From: a virus
Strand: one strand, 5' to 3'
IMG/VR virus record: IMGVR_UViG_3300029235_000124
Span: 1 to 19,357 of that record
Length of the DNA stretch: 19,357 bases
A program made the position numbers and the translations under genes. A model generated the notes under the pieces. It saw nothing but the letters and a program-made list of their open reading frames with translations. It was not told the origin of the DNA and did not search any database. Positions 12,696 through 19,357 of the stretch are shown piece by piece (the first letter of the stretch is position 1; every line of letters starts with the position of its first letter).

Positions 12696-15600
12696 ATGGC
12701 AGCAGACAGCGTAGGCCAGATTGGGCTTGATCTGGTAGTAAATAAAAATGAGTTTGACAGTCAGATGCTGGGGATACAGAATCTGGCAAAAAAAGCTGGC
12801 AAAGCACTTGCAGCTGCTTTTGCAGTCAAAAAAGTATTTGACTTTGGAAAGTCCTGTATAGAATTAGGCTCTGATCTGGCAGAAGTCCAGAACGTAGTTG
12901 ATGTTACATTTTCCCAGATGAGCAAACAGGTAGATAAGTTTGCCCAGAATGCAGCCACTCAGTTTGGATTGTCTGAGACCATGGCAAAGCGGTTTACCGG
13001 TACTTTTGGAGCTATGGCAAAGGCATTTGGCTTCAGTGAGAAGGCTGCATATGACATGTCCACAATTCTTACTGGTCTTGCCGGAGATGTGGCATCTTTC
13101 TACAACATCAGCCAGGATGAGGCATATACGAAGTTAAAGTCTGTATTCACTGGTGAAACAGAAAGCTTGAAAGACCTGGGCATTGTTATGACCCAGACGG
13201 CTCTTGACAGCTATGCTATGGTAAATGGCTTCAGAAAGACTACAGCAAAGATGTCGGAAATGGAAAAGGTTGCCCTGCGGTATAAGTTTGTACAGGATCA
13301 GCTGACAACGGCAGCAGGTGACTTCTCCAGGACATCCACTGGCTGGGCGAACCAGGTCCGTATCTTACAGCTGCAGTTTGACAGCTTAAAGGCAACCATA
13401 GGACAGGGGCTTATAGCTGCATTATCCCCGGTCATCCAGGTGATCAACGCAGTCATTGGTAAAATACTCAGCCTGGTGAATGCATTTAAAGCTTTTTTTG
13501 CCTTGATGTCTGGTGGTAAAGATTCAGGAGCATCCGCAACTGCAGCGGGTATGGAAGCTGTAGCTGTCGCAGCAGATAAAGCTGGAACGGCTGCTTCCGG
13601 TGCTGGGAATGCTGCAAAGAAAGCTGCTAAGGATATCAAAACGGCTACCACTGGTATTGATGAGCTTAATATCTTAAACCCGGATAGTGGTTCAGATAGC
13701 GGAAGCGGATCTGGCGGTAGTGGAGCAGGCGGCTACAATGCAGATGACTTTGATATGGGAACACTTCCGGAACAGGAAGATATAGTCAGTGGTAAGCTGC
13801 GGAAGATAGCTGGCCTGCTGAACCAGTTAAAAGATTCTTTTACAAGTGGTTTTTGGGATGCTTTTGGCGACACATCTGTATTTGATTCGATCCAAAGCAG
13901 CATCCAGTCCATAAAAGACAGCCTTGGGAATATTTTTACTGATTCTGATGTGCAGACAGCGGCTTTAGGTTTTGCCAATACACTGGCCCAGTCATTAGGA
14001 CAGGTTACAGGTTCCATTGCAAGCATCGGTGCGAGTATTGCAGATAATCTTCTGGGAGGTATCAGCAGGTATCTTGAACAGAATAAGGACCGTATTAAAG
14101 ATTATCTGATCCAGATGTTTAATATTGGCGGTGAGATTGCGACATTAGTTGGAAATTTCACAAGTTCCATTGCAGGGATCTTTACTGTATTTCGCAGTGA
14201 CTCAGCGAAACAGATCACAGCTGATATAATAGGTATTTTCAGTAGTTCCTTTATGGGAGTTACAAAATTAGGCAGTAAATTTGTCCGGGATCTGATGCAG
14301 GTTATAACAAAGCCTATAACCGATAATGCTGGTCAGATCAAAGAACGGATACAGGGGCTATTAGACGAACTGCAGCCTATATTTGATAAGCTGAAAGAAT
14401 TAATTGATAAGATATGGGATGGCCTGAATACAGCTTATGATACTGTTGCAAAGCCAGTATTTGATGCATTTACAGAAGCGATATCTTCAGTTGTGGACTG
14501 GATAACAGAAACTCAGACACGCTTTGACGGAGCTATTGGAGTTGTTGCTGCTTTCTTTGGGGCATGGGAAGTTGTAAAACTTGGTGAATTCATCATTAAT
14601 GCTGGTGGCGTCGTATCAATGCTTTCTGGAATGGTAGCTGGTTTTGTAGCAAATGCGGCTGCTATTGCAACACATACAGCAGCGCTTATAGCAGATAAGC
14701 TGGAGACAGCCGCTATTGTTGCTATGTATGCCAAAGATTTTGTAGTAAACCTGGCGCAAGGAACAGCGGCCCTGGTGCAGCAGGCGGCCCAGTTTGTTAT
14801 CAATACAGCAGCAAAGATAGCAGATACCGCAGCTCAGATTGCCATGACTGCAGCTACAGTGGCTTGGAATGCTGTATGTGCGATCGCAACAACGGTTACT
14901 ACTGCTTTAGGTGCGGCTATTGCATTCCTTACCAGTCCGATCGGTTTTGTTATCATTGCTATAACAGCGCTGATTACGGCTGGAGTTCTTCTGTATCAGC
15001 ATTGGGATGAAGTCAAAAAGTTTGCAGCCGAAGCCTGGGAAGCAATTAAAAAGACAATAAATAATGCCATCGATGCGGTTAAGGTGTTCATATCCAGTAC
15101 GCTTGAACTGATAAAAACAGCCTGGGAAACTAAGTGGAACCAGATCAAGGCATTTGCATCTAATCTATGGAATACGATCAAAGCTCTTGCGACATCTATT
15201 TTCGAAGCGATCAGAGACAAGCTTTCCGAGATCTGGGACAGTGTAAAAAGGACTATTGAAGAAAAATGGAACGCTATCAAGGATTGGTTTGAAGATATCT
15301 GGAAAAAGATCAAAGAAGTGTTTAAACCGGATGCAATGATCGAGGTCGGAAAGAGCATCATGAACAAACTCTGGGACGGCTTAAAATCCGTCTGGGGTTC
15401 CATTGCCGGATGGCTACAGGGCTGTGCTGATTTTGTTGGTGGTGTCTGGGATGGCATTGTAGAAGGTGCAAAGAGTATTTTCAAGAGTGCTAAAGAAGAT
15501 GCAGAAGATGATGAGGAAGCAGATGACAGTGATGATTGGGATTATGGTACCAATTCACCGGTATCAGGTCATGCTTCCGGTGGCTTCCCTAAATCTGGTC

Positions 15601-16043
15601 AGATGTTCGTAGCCCGTGAAGACGGTATCCCAGAGATGGTTGGAAGCTGGGGCGGCCGTGCAGCAGTTGCCAATAACCAGCAGATCACCCAGGGCATTAC
15701 CCAGGCAGTCCAGAACGGCATGCGTTCCTGTATGGCTCCGCTTGTATCCATGATGTCAAGTGTAGCAGGTAATGCAGCACCGCCGCTGGCAGTAACAGGC
15801 CGTGCGGCTGTTTATGAAAATGATGATGACAGGCTTATGAACCTGGTAAGCCGCGCCATGGCGTTATCACAGAATGGTACTGGTATGGATGATTCACGTA
15901 TCGTGCGCATCCAGGAACTTTTGGAGCGCATTGTGGATCTGATCGAGGCCATGGACCTGACAGTGAGCATTGATATCCGAGATGTAAAGAAGAAATTGAC
16001 GGATCTGGAAAAGAGAAGCGGTTACACGTTAAGGACAACGTAA
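12696..16043 (+). CDS. Tail tape measure protein
   Basis: About 1115 aa. TP901-type core (LGSDLAEVQNVVD...LKSVFTGETESLKDLGIVMTQ), a GSDSGSGSGGSGAGG linker, an Ala-rich hydrophobic segment, and Trp residues recurring every 11 residues (WDEVKKFAAEAW.., WDSVKRTIEEKW..). ATG 12696 with AGGTGA 5 nt upstream. Confidence 0.92.
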   Translation: MAADSVGQIGLDLVVNKNEFDSQMLGIQNLAKKAGKALAAAFAVKKVFDFGKSCIELGSDLAEVQNVVDVTFSQMSKQVDKFAQNAATQFGLSETMAKRFTGTFGAMAKAFGFSEKAAYDMSTILTGLAGDVASFYNISQDEAYTKLKSVFTGETESLKDLGIVMTQTALDSYAMVNGFRKTTAKMSEMEKVALRYKFVQDQLTTAAGDFSRTSTGWANQVRILQLQFDSLKATIGQGLIAALSPVIQVINAVIGKILSLVNAFKAFFALMSGGKDSGASATAAGMEAVAVAADKAGTAASGAGNAAKKAAKDIKTATTGIDELNILNPDSGSDSGSGSGGSGAGGYNADDFDMGTLPEQEDIVSGKLRKIAGLLNQLKDSFTSGFWDAFGDTSVFDSIQSSIQSIKDSLGNIFTDSDVQTAALGFANTLAQSLGQVTGSIASIGASIADNLLGGISRYLEQNKDRIKDYLIQMFNIGGEIATLVGNFTSSIAGIFTVFRSDSAKQITADIIGIFSSSFMGVTKLGSKFVRDLMQVITKPITDNAGQIKERIQGLLDELQPIFDKLKELIDKIWDGLNTAYDTVAKPVFDAFTEAISSVVDWITETQTRFDGAIGVVAAFFGAWEVVKLGEFIINAGGVVSMLSGMVAGFVANAAAIATHTAALIADKLETAAIVAMYAKDFVVNLAQGTAALVQQAAQFVINTAAKIADTAAQIAMTAATVAWNAVCAIATTVTTALGAAIAFLTSPIGFVIIAITALITAGVLLYQHWDEVKKFAAEAWEAIKKTINNAIDAVKVFISSTLELIKTAWETKWNQIKAFASNLWNTIKALATSIFEAIRDKLSEIWDSVKRTIEEKWNAIKDWFEDIWKKIKEVFKPDAMIEVGKSIMNKLWDGLKSVWGSIAGWLQGCADFVGGVWDGIVEGAKSIFKSAKEDAEDDEEADDSDDWDYGTNSPVSGHASGGFPKSGQMFVAREDGIPEMVGSWGGRAAVANNQQITQGITQAVQNGMRSCMAPLVSMMSSVAGNAAPPLAVTGRAAVYENDDDRLMNLVSRAMALSQNGTGMDDSRIVRIQELLERIVDLIEAMDLTVSIDIRDVKKKLTDLEKRSGYTLRTT

Positions 16044-16057
16044 GGAGGCGGTAACAA

Positions 16058-16435
16058 ATGGCAGTAATAACGATCAATGGCCGGGAGTTCCCGGCTCCTG
16101 ATGTAGGTGGAAATCTTGTAGTTGCAACCAATGTTAGTTCCGGAAAAAATGCAAATGGCGAATTTGTTGGACAGAAGGTTGGCAGGGATCAATATAAATT
16201 CGATGCATTGCAGTGGAAATTCCTGGATGCAGCTACCTGGTCAGCTATGTTGCAGGAATTTGACAAATTTGTAGTGACCGCCCGGATCCCGGATATGGTA
16301 AACAATCGTTTCCAGACGATCCGCATGTATCCGGGAAACCGTACAGCCACGCCGGTCGAATTTAATGGATCAGGGCTTCCTACAAAGTACCGGGACTGTA
16401 AGGTCAACATCATAGACTGCGGGGTGATAGAATAA
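16058..16435 (+). CDS. Small tail protein directly after the tape measure (distal-tail position)
   Basis: AAGGAGG upstream. 125 aa starting MAVITINGREFPAP, resembling small post-TMP proteins of Clostridia phages. Function is inferred from position. Confidence 0.6.
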   Translation: MAVITINGREFPAPDVGGNLVVATNVSSGKNANGEFVGQKVGRDQYKFDALQWKFLDAATWSAMLQEFDKFVVTARIPDMVNNRFQTIRMYPGNRTATPVEFNGSGLPTKYRDCKVNIIDCGVIE

Positions 16436-18666
16436 TGCAAGCTGTAAGCAATGCATATAAACAGGAAATGAAAAAGCAGTATCGTGATCATTCCTATATG
16501 CGCGTCAGTATTGGCCTGATCAATCAGGAGGCCCAGGCATCTGCTTATATACCTGACCAGGAGAAATATGCTTATTATAGCAATCTGACCTGGCCACTCA
16601 ACAACTATGAGGTTTCGGAACTGTATGAAACCTGTGACCAGGATTACAGTACCGTAGATGGGAGTATGTATTTTTTGCCAAGGGAACGTCAGGATGCGGT
16701 CCTTAACCAGGGGATCATTACAGATGATCTTTTAGGTGAGGTTGAGATCCGTTTTCCGGTGCAGCACGATATAAAAGGTCTCACAGTAGAATTTGGCAAA
16801 GCGTATCCTGTGGATTTTTCCATTGTATCAGATGAACATACGGTTGAGATCACAGGGAATGATACAGGGCATTTTGTGACGGAAGAGATCTTTCCTGGTG
16901 CAACATTTCTCCGGTTTGTGCCAAAGGATATGGTCAATGGGCAAAGCCGGCTGCGGATCCACCGTATCACGATGGGAATCGGTATCTACTTTGATAACCA
17001 GAAGATATTGTCAGCCACAAAGAAAGAGCGGATCAGTCCTGTTATGGAAGATCTGCCATCCATTGATCTGAACATAACCATTGATAATAAAAACCGTGCA
17101 TATGACATTGAAAATGAAGAGAGTACGGTAAATTTCCTGGAAAATGGCCAGGAGATCAATGTAATTTACGGTCAGGAGTTGGATGATGGAAATGTGGAGT
17201 GGATGCCCGGTACCACGGTATATCTGCGGGAATGGTCTGCAGATGATGAAGAAATGAGTTTTACTGCTACGGATCGTTTTGATGGCATGGATGGAACTTA
17301 CCGCCGCGGAAAATATTATCCTGATGGAATAAGCCTGTATGATCTTGCAGTTGATGTCTTTGGCGATGCCGGAATAGACAGCCGTACCTATTGGCTTGAT
17401 AATTATCTAAAAGATGTTATGGTTTATAATCCAATGCCAGTAGTATCCCATAAAGAAGCACTGCAGCTGATCGCAAATGCCGGACGCTGTATTCTTTACC
17501 AGGACCGGAATGGAAATATATTTATGAAGTCCAGTTTTATACCGGACATGCAGGCAAGTTCAGCAAATGAAACTTACTTTTCTAATACGGCTTCAGTACT
17601 GGATGCAACAGAAAAAAGCACTTATGCCACACCGGAAAAGGATCACACAGAAGCATCAGCTGTACAGTTCTTTTTGCCATATCAGGATAAAAACTATCTG
17701 GATGTGGGATATGTATCGGAAGCAGTAGCGGATGAAGATGGGACATTTACAGAAGATCCATTGGTGACTATCGTTCTGGAAGCGCGGTACAAGTGCTTTG
17801 GCCTTACATTGGAATTTGGAGGTAATCATCCGTCTGGTATGGTATTCCGTTCCTATTTGGGAGAGGAACTGGTGGAAGAGTATAAAATATCTTCTCTTTC
17901 TGAAGTTACTGTGGTCAATCATGAATTCCCGGAATTTGATAAGCTGCAGATTGAATTTTCAAAGGGAGTACCGTTTAACAGGGTAAACCTGAAACAGATC
18001 ACATTTGGGGACGGTACTGATTATGAACTGTCTTATGGCAAAGAACTGAAAAAAACTCCCAAAGGCACCCAGCTGGCAAAAGTCCGTGAACTGCAGATGA
18101 CCAGGACGATCTATGCATCAGGAACTGAGAAAAGGCAACTGGTCAAGGAAACTGTACTGGCAGATGAAACCAGGCATACATTTTATCTTAATGCAGCGGC
18201 TTATGATTATGAAGTAGATGCAGCTGGTGGCACAAATGTCCAGATCATTGATAGCAGTGCATATTACGTTACGGTAGAGGTTGCCGGTGGAGCAGATACG
18301 GAAGTGACCATAAATGGATATGAATACAATGTAACACAGGCGCTTGTGACCAGACAGTTAAATCCCACAGGGACTGTTGAAACGTGGGAAAATCCGCTTG
18401 TATCTACGTTAAAGCATGCGTCAGATCTTGCTGAATGGATAGGAGATTATCTGCGTTCCGACCGGGAATATGATTTGGAATATCGTGGAGAGCCGCGTAT
18501 TGATGCAAATGATATTGCATTCCTGGAAAATAAATACGTTCCAGATCTGCTGCTGCGGATATATGAACATACATTGAAGTTTAATGGGGCATTGTCCGGC
18601 ACCCTAAAGGCAAGGAGGGATATGAGCAATGTGGCAACAGCCAAAAACAGACTGGCAGGCCAGTGA
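16435..18666 (+). CDS. Large tail tip/baseplate protein (Tal position)
   Basis: 743 aa, joined to the upstream gene by a TAATG overlap. The call rests on position and size. No enzymatic motif was recognised. Confidence 0.6.
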   Translation: MQAVSNAYKQEMKKQYRDHSYMRVSIGLINQEAQASAYIPDQEKYAYYSNLTWPLNNYEVSELYETCDQDYSTVDGSMYFLPRERQDAVLNQGIITDDLLGEVEIRFPVQHDIKGLTVEFGKAYPVDFSIVSDEHTVEITGNDTGHFVTEEIFPGATFLRFVPKDMVNGQSRLRIHRITMGIGIYFDNQKILSATKKERISPVMEDLPSIDLNITIDNKNRAYDIENEESTVNFLENGQEINVIYGQELDDGNVEWMPGTTVYLREWSADDEEMSFTATDRFDGMDGTYRRGKYYPDGISLYDLAVDVFGDAGIDSRTYWLDNYLKDVMVYNPMPVVSHKEALQLIANAGRCILYQDRNGNIFMKSSFIPDMQASSANETYFSNTASVLDATEKSTYATPEKDHTEASAVQFFLPYQDKNYLDVGYVSEAVADEDGTFTEDPLVTIVLEARYKCFGLTLEFGGNHPSGMVFRSYLGEELVEEYKISSLSEVTVVNHEFPEFDKLQIEFSKGVPFNRVNLKQITFGDGTDYELSYGKELKKTPKGTQLAKVRELQMTRTIYASGTEKRQLVKETVLADETRHTFYLNAAAYDYEVDAAGGTNVQIIDSSAYYVTVEVAGGADTEVTINGYEYNVTQALVTRQLNPTGTVETWENPLVSTLKHASDLAEWIGDYLRSDREYDLEYRGEPRIDANDIAFLENKYVPDLLLRIYEHTLKFNGALSGTLKARRDMSNVATAKNRLAGQ

Positions 18667-19030
18667 TTATTTTAATATCAAGGATTATAACCGCATAAAA
18701 GGAAATCTGAATGAGATCCGGCGTCAGGCGCTTATCCTGTGGCCGGATTTTACGTTTGAAGATATGGGCGGGGATAAAGCCTATACGGATTATGGCTTTT
18801 ATGCAGATGAGATCAACCGGTTTGAAGCCAATGTGGAACATATCTGTGTAGGTGTGTTCCCTTTTAAGGTAGGTGAACGGAAGACGTTTTACGAGAACCA
18901 GCTTTTTATTGACTGGAAGGAACTGAACCGTATCGAAGAGGCCTGCAGACTGATGTACAGTAATATCCAGAGCCGGATCACAGGGAGGCGTAAGCTTGCA
19001 TTTACCCTAAACGGAGGAGAGATATGTTAA
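18629..19030 (+). CDS. Tail-fibre-associated protein (hypothetical)
   Basis: AAGGAGGG lies 9 nt before ATG 18629. WQQPKTDWQASDYFNIKDYNRIKGNLNEI is a motif common in Firmicutes phage fibre-region proteins. Confidence 0.6.
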   Translation: MWQQPKTDWQASDYFNIKDYNRIKGNLNEIRRQALILWPDFTFEDMGGDKAYTDYGFYADEINRFEANVEHICVGVFPFKVGERKTFYENQLFIDWKELNRIEEACRLMYSNIQSRITGRRKLAFTLNGGEIC

Positions 19031-19357
19031 AAACGGATTATAAAGATGCCATGTATGATGGCGCACGGAAATATAAGATCACATCGAATGCCGATGGGAC
19101 TTCCGGTATTACAGATGAAACAGTCTATACGCAGGAAGGGGATCCCTTTGGAGCAAACGATATCAATTCCACAAACAAAGCTATCAACCGTATAAATGGT
19201 GAACCTGCTAATGTCACTCTTACAGCAAGCGGCTGGACGGGAGATACAGCTCCGTATAGCCAGACAGTTGAGGTAGAAGGTGTTACAGCAGAAGATAATC
19301 CCATCTTTGTAAGTCTGCTGGAAGATGGGGCTCCTGCAGAAACCCAGAAAGCATATA
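19024..19357 (+). CDS. Tail fibre/receptor-binding-like protein, 3' end beyond the window
   Basis: GGAGGAGAGAT precedes ATG 19024, which overlaps the previous stop. The frame is open to the window end (MLKTDYKDAMYDGARKYKITSNADGTSGITDETVYTQEGDPFGANDINSTNKAINRI...). Confidence 0.6.
   Translation, partial: MLKTDYKDAMYDGARKYKITSNADGTSGITDETVYTQEGDPFGANDINSTNKAINRINGEPANVTLTASGWTGDTAPYSQTVEVEGVTAEDNPIFVSLLEDGAPAETQKAY

Larger units (their letters stand above)
446..19357. mobile_element. Integrated siphovirus-type prophage (left end, continues past the window), apparently lacking packaging and head modules
   Basis: Integrase sits next to tRNA-Lys, followed by repressor/Cro switch, antirepressor, recombination/replication module and tail module. 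The exact attL cannot be placed because attR is outside the window. Confidence 0.85.

Noticed and set aside
13680-13735. Repetitive GGT/AGC/GGA-rich DNA in the tape measure gene (encodes GSDSGSGSGGSGAGG)
   Set aside because: It is an in-frame low-complexity linker, not a CRISPR array, a tandem-repeat locus or a mobile-element end.
7431-16131. Numerous 60-250 aa minus-strand ORFs (for example 8518-9030, 9100-9561, 10185-10547, 10914-11360, 11364-12110, 13298-13651, 14996-15484)
   Set aside because: All are antisense to long, motif-supported plus-strand genes. They lack ribosome-binding sites and have Ser/Pro/Cys/Leu-rich translations. This is typical of shadow ORFs in GC-richer coding DNA.

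Overview
The window starts with a host tRNA cluster: tRNA-Tyr (cut by the window edge), initiator tRNA-fMet, tRNA-Phe and tRNA-Lys, with a consensus promoter and a terminator. From about 450 to the right edge it is the left part of an integrated siphovirus-type prophage of Firmicutes/Clostridia style. Gene order is: tyrosine integrase; an AT-rich cargo and lysogeny block (NYN-domain nuclease, two tiny divergent unknown genes, ImmA-like metallopeptidase plus XRE repressor); a divergent switch region; Cro-like, AntA/KilAC antirepressor and small early genes; a GC-richer recombination/replication module (SMC/RecF-like ATPase, AAA_24 RecA-like ATPase, DUF669, SF2 helicase); then directly a tail module (tail tube, chaperone pair, tape measure, distal tail proteins, start of a fibre-like gene). 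The most notable points follow. (1) The helicase ORF is truncated just after motif VI and runs without a stop into the tail-tube gene. No terminase, portal, capsid or connector genes lie between them, so this is a headless, defective or possibly domesticated tail-only element. (2) The SMC-like ATPase gene is one reading frame broken by a single in-frame TAG. TAG ends 5 of 13 lysogeny/early genes but none of the 12 genes downstream of about 7.1 kb. (3) The NYN nuclease cargo gene has its own promoter, an operator palindrome and an intrinsic terminator just before its ribosome-binding site. (4) Two replication-module proteins share a C-terminal KAGVF peptide encoded by different codons. (5) A reverse-oriented winged-helix gene cassette is bracketed by about 40-nt direct repeats. 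(6) The tail chaperone pair has a +1 rather than -1 frame relationship. All functional calls come from motif recognition by eye. No database search was run.
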